A stretch of DNA of 64,000 nucleotides, taken from the NCBI RefSeq assembly GCF_009914755.1, contig NC_060925.1; one strand, 5' to 3'. Below are positions 1 through 51,100 of this stretch, piece after piece. Numbering within the stretch: position 1 is the stretch's first letter; every line of letters starts with the position of its first letter. Made by a program: the position numbers and the translations under genes. The notes below the pieces were generated by a model. The model was given only the letters and a program-made list of their open reading frames with translations, made no database searches and was not told the DNA's origin. The DNA is from the human T2T-CHM13v2.0 reference genome, Homo sapiens.

Positions 1-920
1 GCTGACAATAATTCACTAATATGGGTTTCTTGAGCTTTGACAAATACTATGTTATGCAAGATGTTAATATTAGGGGGAACTACTTGAAGGGTGTGCAGGA
101 ACTCTCTTTCCTACTTTGCAACTTTTCTGTAAATTTAAAATTATTCCAAAATGAAAAGTTGACAGGAGAGGAGGGGAGAGGAAAGGAGAGGAGGTAGAGG
201 GAGATTTCAGATACAAAAACATAATTCAGTGTGTGGATACTGATTGATCCTGGTTCAAAGTCCCAGCTATACAAGACACTTTTGGGAACATTGGGGAAAT
301 TAAATTTGGGTTGTATGTTATTGATTTTAAGGAATCATAATTAATCTTGTTAGGTTAAGTTTATATTAAAAATTTCCTTAAGAGATACTTACGAAAGTGT
401 TTGGGTAAAATGTCATGCTGTCCTTAATTTAAAATATTTGCACAAAAAAGTTTGTAAAAGATGAAAGGCTGGGTGCAGGGGTTTATGCCTATAGTCTCAG
501 CTACTGGGAAGACCAAGGCAGGAGGATCACTTGAGGCCAGAAGTTCAAGACCAGCCTGGGCAACATAGGGAGCCTCTATTGCTACAGAAAGTAAACAATA
601 ACAAAGTTAGCTGGGTTTAGTGGCACGTGCCTATAGTCCTAGCTACTCGGGAGGCTGAGGCACGAGGATGGCTTGAGCCCAGGAGTTCAAGCCTACAATG
701 AGCTATGATCACACCACTGTACTCCAGCCTGGGCAACAGAGTGAGACCCTGTCTTAAAAAGAAAGAAAGAAAGAAAGAAAAGATGAAGCAAATATAACAA
801 AATATTGATGATTGTCATATCTTAGTGATGGGAATGTGGAGTTTGTTACACTTTCCTCTCTATTTTTTTGTATGATTGAAGGTTTTCATAATAAAAAGCT
901 ATATAATTATGTGTCAATTA
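1..920 (+). mobile_element. Old L1 (L1M-type) 3' end fragments, interrupted by an Alu
   Basis: AT-rich sequence with the L1M 3'UTR-like signature actttgcaacttttctgtaaatttaaaattattccaaaa. Confidence 0.55.
467..783 (+). mobile_element. AluJ-like SINE with (GAAA)n tail
   Basis: Dimeric Alu body with J-type diagnostics (gcttgagcccaggagttcaag); AAAGATGAA target duplication. Confidence 0.9.
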
Positions 921-3496
921 AAAAACAAAGAGTATTGAATGCCTGTTACTTGCCTTGTGTTTCATAACGTTGTTTCATTATGTCCCCAAACAGCCCTGTA
1001 AAAAAGATTCATTACTCGCTTTTTAAAGAGGAGGAAAATGAGGCTCAGAGAAGTCCGATGTCTTATCCAAGATCATAAGCCAGACTGGGCAGAGCTGGGA
1101 TTTGGCCATGAGAGCCCACTGTGTCCCACCATGCCTCTGTGGGAGGAAAGGACCTGAGGTCCGGGTAATTAAGTTGTTATGGAGACCCCGGGAGCAGGGA
1201 GTAAACAGAGGGCCCCTAAGCTTATATCCCAGGGGACCAGGAGATCGTCAGGGAATGCCAAAGGCGGAGCTGGTTTGGGAAATCAAGTTAAGGAATTTCA
1301 CTTTAGACCGTGATAACGGCCAGTGTTTTACACTCTTTTACTTGCCTTGCTTTACTTGAATCTTCATGAATCTACCCTTCTTGCAGACAGAATGTGGTCC
1401 TTTTTACAGACGGCAGACAGGCTCAGAGAGGTCTTATCCAAGGTTTCACAAATGCCAAGTTGGAGAGCTGGGACTAAGACCCAGCCCCTGGAGATGGTCT
1501 TCTCCATCAAACACCCATCTTCACGGTGGGGAAGGAAGCAGGCAGGAAGAAGGCCTGCGCACCATCACCCAGCTGTGCTCAACTGTGTTGGATGCCGAGC
1601 GACAGCAGAATGCACCTTGTTCCTGCCCAGGGTGCTGGGTTGGTTGCAGGTGCTTCCACCAGCCTCACTTGGGGTGCCCGTGGGGCCCCTTCAGGCCTCT
1701 AGCTCCCTACTGTCTGCTTGCCCACAGCCTTCAGGTCTGAGATTCGCTCAACCCCTCTGCCTTCCGTTTCTGCTCCATATCCCCTGATCAGATGGCTTTC
1801 TCGGACCTGTTCTTGTAAACTTCAACCCCCTCCCTTCCCATCTTTCCCTGCTTTATTTTATTGTCACCTGTCACATTACACGTAATGTATTTCTTTTTCT
1901 CTCTCCCTGTCTAGAATATAAGCTTCAGGAGGGCAGGGACTTTGTGTTATTTACTCCCATCCCCAGTCAGGGCTCCATAAATATTTACTGAATGAATAAA
2001 TGTACACATAAATCAATGAATGTAAAAAGAATGAAAGGATAAATTGTTAGGAATTTTTTCTCTACTTTTGAAATATACTGTTGGGAAGTCTTTTAACAGG
2101 AAAAAAAATAAATATATTTCCCATCAGTATCAAGCAATTAAAATGCTCTAAGTTTGACGAGGTATTATAGAGCTGGAGAAGACTCAGCCAGCAAGTCTGA
2201 GGGCTGGGAAACACCCCCTCATTTTACAGGTGAGGGCAGAGGCCCAGAAGGGTGGGGCTGCGGGTCTCAGGTCTTGCCCTAGGCGGCAGCAGGTGGAGCA
2301 TAGCCTGGTCATGATTCTGCTCTTTAGGCTTTGGAGAAACTCATTCTTTGTTTAAATCTTGGTGTTTAAGTCTTGGTGTTTCCAAAGTTTAACCCCACAA
2401 AAGAAAGCTGCTTGAAGAAGTCCTGGATGTTGTGCTCAGGGAAAACATTAACGACCACCCAGCTTCAGGCCTGCGGTTACCCCTGCCTCTGCTTCCTCCT
2501 TCCGGCATGTGGGAGGAACCTGAGAAGTGTCCTCACCTGGCCTGAGTGGGCAGTTTGGCTCTAAAACCAATTGATTCACCCAGACAAGCTGCAGCCGGCC
2601 TCCCTGGAGGGCTGTTCCTCATGGCCCCCCACCTTGTTCTCTACACAGCGGGGGTGCTCCCTGGTGTGACCCTCTAACTTGGGGTCAGGAAGTGAGGCCG
2701 CCTACAGAGGGGTCGGGAGGAGGCTGAGGGGAGCTGCAACAGGAGAGCTGTGCTGATCTCCCTGCGGCATCCCTGGGTCCTGCCCTCCTTCATAACCTCA
2801 GGAGATGCCTGTTCAGGCTTTTTCAGATGTTCTATCTCCTGTTTTGTGTAATGTGGAGGAAAAAAATCACACTTGTGGACAGCAGGCACTGCACAGGGCT
2901 CAGCCCTGCACCGGGAGGGGCTGCAGTTCTTCCCCATCCCTCAAGTGCTTCCCTCAAGGACCTTGTTTCAGAAAGGGGCCCCTTTCCTGGAAGGGAAGGT
3001 GGGAGGGAAAGCCTGGCCGAATGAGCTTGTTCAGGAAAAGGCAGACAGGGTTATGGGCAGAAGGAGAGAAGGGGAGAGAGATGGATTGATTGAGAACTTC
3101 TTAAGGAAGTGTGGGAACAAGGTCGCACTCACTCAGTTTTGTATTTTCAACAGTGCCTAAGACCAGACCTCGAGAAGCAGGGCTAATGAATGAACGGGTT
3201 CCCCAACCTTGGGTGAAGTGATCAGAGGAGTAGCAGAACAGAGCAAGGAAGCCAGTGTGACAGAAAAATGAAGAGATCAATGCCACAAAATTAAAGAGAA
3301 CACGGGGGTCGCTCATTCCAAATCCCCCACCAGGAAGCCCCTATCAGGAGGGGAGGAGGAGCTCCTAGGAACTGAACTTGGACGCAGGCCACTTCAGCTA
3401 GAGAACATTTCTGAGGAACACCAGACCTCGTCTCCTTCCGGGAGCGGGATCCAACACCTGGCCAGACATATCGGTGCTGAACAAAAGTGCACTGGG

Positions 3497-3982
3497 GGAT
3501 GATTTTAAATTTCTTCTTTATTAAAAAAAAAAAGCGTTTTTCTGGGTTTTTTAAAACTTCTCCAATACATTAAAACTTTTTTTCTCGCCACATAGCACTT
3601 CTTTCTTGCCTCTTTCATTTCTGCTCCTGGTGTTGCCTGCCTCCTGCAAGACCCAGATGAAGAAACCTTTTCAATGGTCGAGATCTGAGACTTGGAGCTG
3701 GAGGGGCTGAAGGCTTGAAGGAAGGTGGTTACTGGTCAAAAGGAGAAGTTCATTTGCACAAAAATATAAACTGGGGAGGATGAGACCAGCACATACACGT
3801 ATGGATTGATCTACAATCCATATAAAAAAATAGACCCAAATTGTCATTTTACATTTGCAATATTATACAAAATAATATATATTTTTAAACAACACATACC
3901 CACCTACACACACGTGCGCGCACACACATACACACAAGGTGCTAGTGACCCCTCTGTGCTTCTGCTTGTGGGGACAAGGGTG
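3497..3982 (-). other. OLFML2B: OLFML2B 3' UTR (3' end approximate)
   Basis: Region between stop codon and AATAAA signal; AU- and GU-rich on the minus strand. Confidence 0.8.
3517..3522 (-). terminator. Polyadenylation signal AATAAA
   Basis: tttatt on plus; on the minus strand it is preceded by a U-run and followed about 30 nt later by a U/GU-rich element (cacttttgttc). Confidence 0.85.
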
Positions 3983-43732
<39,750 letters not shown>

Positions 43733-43849
43733 GAGGGGCGCGATAAGAGTGTCCTCAGCCCCTTCAGAGAATGGCTGGGGCGGGGGGTCTCGGCAAGGAC
43801 TTCTGCGAGAGGGTGTCCTCGCTAGAGCCCGAAAGTGGCTGCTGAGAGC

Positions 43850-44520
43850 ACCTTCTAAAGCTGGGTGCGGCTGAGCGGGACGGGAGGGTGCGCCCCAGAG
43901 ACTCTGGGCATCTCCTTCCCGACGCGAGCAGCCCTCGACTGTGCAGCCCCAGTGGAGAGCCGGACGCAAGGAAGAGGGGATGACGGAGAAGGTGGAGGCG
44001 GGCACGGGCTAGCTGAGCGAGTCGCCCGCAGGAGGGCTCAGGTGGCTGGAAGGCGTTCGGACAGACGCCCGCGGTGCGCGCCGGGACGGGCGGCGGGGAG
44101 CCTCGGGACGCACGGGGACCGGACACGGGGAGGGAAGAGGCGGTGGCGGCGCGGGCTGCTGGGCGAGGGCTGCTGGGCTAGGGAGCCGCGGAGAGCTCGC
44201 GCGGAAGGAGGGCGGAGCCTCTATTGTGCCGGGGCGGCGGAGATGCAGCCAGTGACCGCGCGGAGGAGGAGGACCTGGAAGCGCACAGGGCTCGGGCGGA
44301 GGGGTACCCGGCGGACCCCGTCCCCGCTGGGACTCAGCTGCCGCGCGCCGGCTGGGGGTGACGTTGGAAGGGCTTTACTTTCTTCTCATCTGATCGCAAG
44401 TGAGTGAAGAGAAGTTACTCCGAGCGGCGTCCCTGAAGTTTTGGGGTTCGACCATTCTTGGCGAGAAGAGCGACTTTCCATCGCAGGCACCCAGCGCTCG
44501 CTCCAAGGCTGAGCTAGTTA
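43850..44520 (-). promoter_or_regulatory. CpG-island promoter and 5' UTR of OLFML2B (TSS probably near 44160-44200)
   Basis: Very high GC and CpG density; GC boxes (GGGCGG at 44210-44215 and near 44294); directly upstream of the ATG; no clear TATA box. Confidence 0.85.
43855..43911 (-). other. Upstream ORF (18 aa, [18 protein letters not shown]) in the 5' UTR
   Basis: Only upstream ATG between 43733 and ~44200; ends in TAG at 43855-43857. Confidence 0.6.
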
Positions 44521-45357
44521 GTGATCTGCGGCATCGTCCTTTAGCACACCTGGGGCAGGGGAGAAGGCGCGTTTGTTCCCAGGCGTTTCTTTTCCCTGAC
44601 TTAACTCTGGGCGAGTTCTCGGGCAGCTTTGAACTTAGCGCCGTTGGTAGCTGCTTGCCTGCCACGGCTTTAGAACCTAGTAATACCTCCACCCAGAGGA
44701 AAATCATTGAATTCCTTCCTAGAGTGTGTCCTGAGTTGTGTAAACGTTGAAAGTTAGGGGAATGACTGTACATCTCCGACACTCTCCGCGAGTCCCCATG
44801 GGGAAAGCTACTGCCTGATAAATGATTACCAAAGGGAACAGCTCTTCCTGTCTTCCTGGTTTGGGACAAATCTCCGGGTCTCTGTTACCAGATTATCTCT
44901 AAGAGGGAGTCCACTTTCAATAGTGTGCAATTATGTTACTATGTCCCTCAATTACTGAGGACAACCTTTTATAAACCTACAGTGAAGATTACCAATATGT
45001 GAATTTAAGGAAGGGCACTGTGCCATCCTGGACAACTGTCACTCGGAATATTGAACAGAGCCAGGCCCCTTCAAAGGATATTATGCACCCTTGGGAAATT
45101 CAAACACCTTGCTTCTTATGCTGAGGAATAAGGGTTGTAATAAACTAAGGAAACTAGCGCATATAAGTAATAGTTGACATAAGTATAATAATAACCCTTA
45201 TTAGTATATTTTAATCTTCAAAAAATTCAGTTTATGGACAAAAATTCAATGCTCTGGGTGTCTAGGTTTGTGGGGACATCATGCACACACCCTCCTCTGT
45301 GTAAGCTATCAAATCTTTTCTGAAACTATATGGGGGTAAACATTGATAAAATGTGGT

Positions 45358-45661
45358 GTATTTGATTGTTTGTTTGAGACAGAGTCTTGCTCTGCCACCC
45401 AGGCTGGAGTGCAGTGGCGGGATGATCTTGGCTCACTGCAACCTCCGCCTCCTGGGTTCAAGTGATTCTCGTGCCTCGACCTTCAGAGTACCTGGGATTA
45501 CAGGCGCACGCCACCATGCCCGTTTAATTTTTTGTATTTTTACTAGAGTTGGGGTTTCGCCGTGTTGGCCAGGCTGGTCTCGACCTCCTGGCCTCAAGCC
45601 ATCCATCCGCCTTGCCCTCCCAAAGCACTGGGATTACAGGGGTGAGCCACTGTGCCCCACC
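45358..45661 (-). mobile_element. Alu SINE
   Basis: Reverse Alu with (TTTG)n tail; degenerate TSD gataaaatgtggt/gataaagtgtagt. Confidence 0.9.
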
Positions 45662-45691
45662 GATAAAGTGTAGTTTTAAAATTCAGTTAAG

Positions 45692-45904
45692 GGGCGGAGT
45701 GTGGTGGCTCACCCCTGTAATCTCTACTGAAAATACAAAAATTAGCCTAGCCTGGTGGCATGCACCTGTAATCCCAGCTACTCTAGAGGCTGAGGCAGAA
45801 GAATCGCTTGAACCCTGGAGGCAGAGGTTACAGTGAGCCGAGATCCGCCACTGCACTATAGCCTGGGCTACAGAGCAATACTTGGTCTCAAAAAAAAAAA
45901 AAAA
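45692..45904 (+). mobile_element. Alu with most of the left arm deleted
   Basis: cctgtaatc joins directly to tctactgaaaatac; right arm and A tail intact. Confidence 0.88.
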
Positions 45905-47018
45905 TCAATTACAGTAAGCATTGAATGTTGATTAAGTGCAAGACAACAAGCTAGGTTGCTAGACATTTAATGGGAAGATGAGATAGTCCACATCTTACAA
46001 AGTGGGCGTGGGAGTCAGGAGGTAAGCAGAACAAGCACTGAAATTGTGAGGCAGAGTAAGAACATATCTCATGGGGTTTAAATAAGGAATAGGTCACTTC
46101 TAGTGGAAAGGTCAGTGTGGATTTCATGAAAGCATGATACTGAAGATGACTGGGATGATGGGAGGTTTCAACAAAACAGTGGATAAGGCAACATGATGGG
46201 AGGGGGGGCCGTGGCAGGGGAGAGAAAGAGAGCATTCTGGGCAAAGACATAATCCTGAATGTGCATATTCATATTTCAGATGGCTGCTCACTTCTCAGGG
46301 CAGCCTTCCTTGACTCCACCACCAGCATAATTTCTCTATTAAATGCTCCCATAATACCATGTACCTCTTTTTCATAGAAGCAGGAGAGATGGATATTTAT
46401 ATTCCTCCTTTGTGGGTTGTTTTGGGGGTGCCTGTCTTCCCCACCAGACTATAAATTCAAGAGGGCAAGGACCTTGTTAGTTTTGCTCACCATTACATCT
46501 TCAGAGTTTAACCAGTGCCTAGAACAAAGTGGACACTAAATAAATATTGGTTGAATGAATGGAAATTACGAATCGTCCAACTGGGTGTAGGCTCAGTTAC
46601 CTTTATAAATACCATCTCTGTATCCATTAGGGTGCATTTGACTGCAAGTGATAGAAAATCCTTCTAGGAATGTCTCAGTCAAATATACATTTATTATCCC
46701 ACTCTAAGAAGACAAGCTTGGCTGTTTAAAATTTAATTCAGCAACTCAGTGATGTCAGCGAGGACCCAAGCTCTTTCCATTTTCCACTCCATTATTCTTA
46801 CAGCATTGGCTTTTTGACCTAGTCATAATTGATTTAAGCAAGTCCCAGCTACCCCTGTGCCAGACATTCAATTTCCCAGTCTCCTTTACAGCTAGGGGTA
46901 ACCACCCGGACAAGATATTTTGCTTCCTGATAAAAGAAACAAATAGGAGAGAGGACCTTTCTGGTGCTACTCTTCCCTCACTTCTTGTCTTTGATTGTGT
47001 CTTTGACCACAGTCAAAG

Positions 47019-47626
47019 TGTTATAGGACCAACAGGTTCTTATGCCCGCTGTGCAGTAACAGACCAATTACACTATGTCAGCAGGGTTTGCAGCAGAGAA
47101 AGAATTTGATGATTGCAGGGCACCAAGTCAGGAGATGGGAGGAGACCCTTGAATCCATCTCTCCAAGGAGCTCTGGGCTGGCGTTTTAATTTAAGGGGAT
47201 TGTGGAGAGTGAGTGGCTAAAAAATTGAGGTTATTAATTGGTTGGGCCAAGACGATGGAACAAAGTTCTATCATCAGGATGTGGAAACTGCCTTCTTTGG
47301 TGAGTCAGGATCTCATGGGGTCCTTCAAACTAGCTGAGTCAGTAGCTTCATCAGTATGCAGGACCCAAAAGAGTATCTCAAAGGGAAAACATAATGTTTC
47401 ATAATGTTCAAGTTGTTTTCTATAGAACAGTTAAGGGGCTTTATAATCTTTTAACAGGATCTATGTGATTCTGAGGCAATAGGCACAGAGTAACTATGAG
47501 GAAACAGGTCAGAGAGCAAGTAGACCTCACGATTACTGCTGAATGTGCTGTGAACTTGGTTTATTTTCATTTCTTCCCTTTCCTTCTTCCCTGGTTAATT
47601 TTATAAAGTTTATAGGGGCTGTTTCA
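47019..47626 (-). mobile_element. ERV1-class solo LTR (LTR26/LOR1-like)
   Basis: TG...CA ends, 4-bp TSD AAAG at 47015-47018 and 47627-47630; minus strand begins tgaaacagcccctataaactttataaaattaaccagggaagaagg. Confidence 0.8.
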
Positions 47627-47721
47627 AAAGTGCCAGGAGCTGTGGCAGCCATCTTATGACCATGAGTCCTTTCTCTTATCTAACTAAAATATATTTCCTT
47701 TAGGGTCTACTTTTAAAGTCA

Positions 47722-48123
<402 letters not shown>

Positions 48124-51100
48124 GGTTAAGTACCTTCTAAATATCCTCTTTCTCAACATCACTAGCCCACTTTCTTCATCTTTTATCTCCATTATATTCA
48201 ACTGTTTCTCAAACCACATGGCCTTCCAAACTCTTCATTATTTTGGTTATTTTCTCTCTAGAAAGACTCCAGTTTGAGTAGATATTAGAACCTATTGAAA
48301 CAATTTGTTCTTTTTTTTTCTGGGCACTGTGCTTTTATTAATGCAGCCTAAGATTACCTTAGTTTTGGCAGCCAGATTGCACCAACGACTCACACTGATT
48401 TATCTTTTAAGTGTAGTTTTTAAATTTATTTTTGTGTGAATTTTTTACTGGTTTCCTCCATTCTGTGCTTTCCAGCTATGTTCTCTCTTTTTTTTTAATC
48501 CAAGTATAGGTGTTTACATTTTTACTGTAACAGTGTGATGATTTTGGTCCATTTTTTCATCCTGTTGAAATATTGCTATTTTTGCTTTTGTCCTGGTTTT
48601 GCATAATTTCCAAATTCACTAAGCATAGTTTCTGTCTTAGTTCAAATGATTAATTTTAAAAAGCCATCTTCCTTCAGATAGGGCCATATTCTAGAGCTCT
48701 ACCTCCATAATAGGAAAAGTCTCTCCTTATTGATGTTAACCGTTTTGGTGTATGACTGTTCAGGCAGTCATGGGTGTTGGTGCCTAGTCCACATGTCTTC
48801 ATCATGTCTACAAGCATTTCTTGAGAGACTTTTATCACTGTCTTTCAGAAATCAAGATACACTGCTCATGGCATTGCTTCTACCTGCCTGCCTGGCAACC
48901 TGAACTGATGATTCTGTGATGAGCTTGGTTTGGCTTTAGCAAATTGGGTTAAGTGCTTTTTACTTGTGTTAAAAAAAAAAAAACATAGCTGGAAAGCACA
49001 GGATAGAGGAAACCGGCATAAAATTCACATAAAAATCCCTGCATCTTTTGCTCAGAGCCTATGAATTCCACGTCACTGGATCCTCGCATCATGGTGTAAA
49101 ATAAGTCTTGCCCTCCCTGGTTAACAGATGAAGTCATTGAAGCACCAACACAGTGATATGTATGATGGCGACTCTGTACTGAGTGCTTCCCATGTGCCAG
49201 GCATCATTTGACGGTCAGAAATCCCCTGAGTCAGTATCATTTCCTCTTACAAATGAGGAAACAGGTTTAGAGACGGACAGACTGTGGAAATGTTCCAAGA
49301 ACTGGGTCTCAGAAAGCCGTAAGTGTGCCACTTCATCTATCTTAGACCCTGGACCTCACCAGTTGTGGCTGGCTAGCAGGTTGTTGAATTCTGGGGATCC
49401 CTCAGCAACCACAACCACCATCCCTCACGAGCCAGTTTGCATCTGGCAAGAGCATCTGTTTTCCCGTTTACCTAGGAGCCTCCTGACTTTGCTCTGAAAT
49501 GTCTGTCTGTTGAAAATTAAGGCTTCATTTGCCAGGTGGGGCCAAGGTGGCTAGAAATGGCCTGCCACCTTTGTGTGTAATTGAGAAAATGCACCTGCCC
49601 CACGGCAGCAGAATCAAAGAGCAAGGCAAAGTCCCACGAGCAACATCATTCTGCCATCTCCTTTCCCTGGCTCGCTGCAGAGTGGGAGCTGTGCCAGGGA
49701 ACTGCCATAAAAATGCTGGAAAGGAATGATGGAAAGCACAACTGAAAATGAGGTCTTTTTTCCCCTGGTCACCCTGCTTTGCTGCTTTCCTGGCTTCTTA
49801 TTTTGCCTCTGATCTTCTACATTCTCTCTCTCCTTTAATTCAGTTTAATTCATTTATTGAATATATATATTATGAGCCAGGCACTCTGTGAACTGCTGAA
49901 TACACAAAGATGAAGATGACAAAAAACCTTTGCCTTCAGGAACTCATGTTATAAAGATTATAAATGTTTGATCCTGGGAAAGGGTACAGAAGAGTATGTT
50001 TTTCCTCAAGATATTTTAGCAAAGAAAATAAGTTTTTCCTTCTCTGAATTTCCCCAGTTTTAAGAACAATTTGCATTTCCTCATACGCCAAGCATGGTAA
50101 TTTCTTTTTATTAAACTAAGCTTTACATAATAAAATTTAAGTTTAAAGCTAATTGAAGTGAAATCCACTCAGGTATTGAGTATAATATCTATGTGCCAGG
50201 TCCTGAGTTAGACACTAAAGAAACATGAATGAATAAGACATTAATAATAATTAATTCAAGATAATATTTCAAGGATCTCACAGTCTCCTGAGAGAGACAC
50301 ATAAATGGACAAGTGCCAGACACTGTGGAGGCCCACTGACAGGATGGCCAAGGTAATGGCCACCCAATCCAACTGTCTATGGGAGGAGAGTGGTGTCAGG
50401 GTGCTCTGGGGGACCTTCCAGGAGGAGCAGGAGTTTGCCAGGTAAAGGACAATGGTGCCTGAGGGACAGAAGTAGGGAAGTGGGGTCAGGGAAAGAAGGT
50501 GTGGAGGAGGAGAGAAGGGCATTCCAGGCCAAGGGGACCACAAGGACTGGGATTTCAAGATATGAAGGTTGTGATGTAGGCAGAGGCTGGAGTGTAAAAT
50601 ACAAGACGAAGAGTGAGAGGAAATGAAGTTAGTGAAAGAGTGAGAGGCCAGGTTGTGGAGGCCTTTACGTGCCATCCCAGAGAGCTAGGAGTATGTCTCA
50701 CAGGCACTGAGGGGCCATTGACAGATTGGGGGCAAGAGAGTGCCATTGTGCCATTGTCAGACTTGCAGATTAGATGAATGACTCAGGTGGTGAAGAGTGG
50801 ACAGAAGAGAGAAAGGCAGAGCAATGACTGCAATTCCCTGCCTGCAGACCACTTGGCCTCCTGGAATGGCTCTGCCTGAGCCAGAGTCCTGTGCTGAGTG
50901 GGTCATTGCTCTGACCCAAAGGGAAGCTCCCTTGCCCTCTATAATTGGTAGTGACTAAAGGAGGGATAGGTAGGCAGAGATTCTGCCTTTCCAAGGAATT
51001 TTCCAGGGCTGCTACATGGCACAACTCTAGGGGATACCATTCATATCATAGTCCCTGTGAATGGGGCCCCTGAGAATCATGCAAGGCATGTCTGGCAACC

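Noticed and set aside
43865-44407. 180-aa Arg/Gly-rich plus-strand ORF and other ORFs in the CpG island
   Set aside because: GC-rich DNA lacks stop codons; low-complexity translation.
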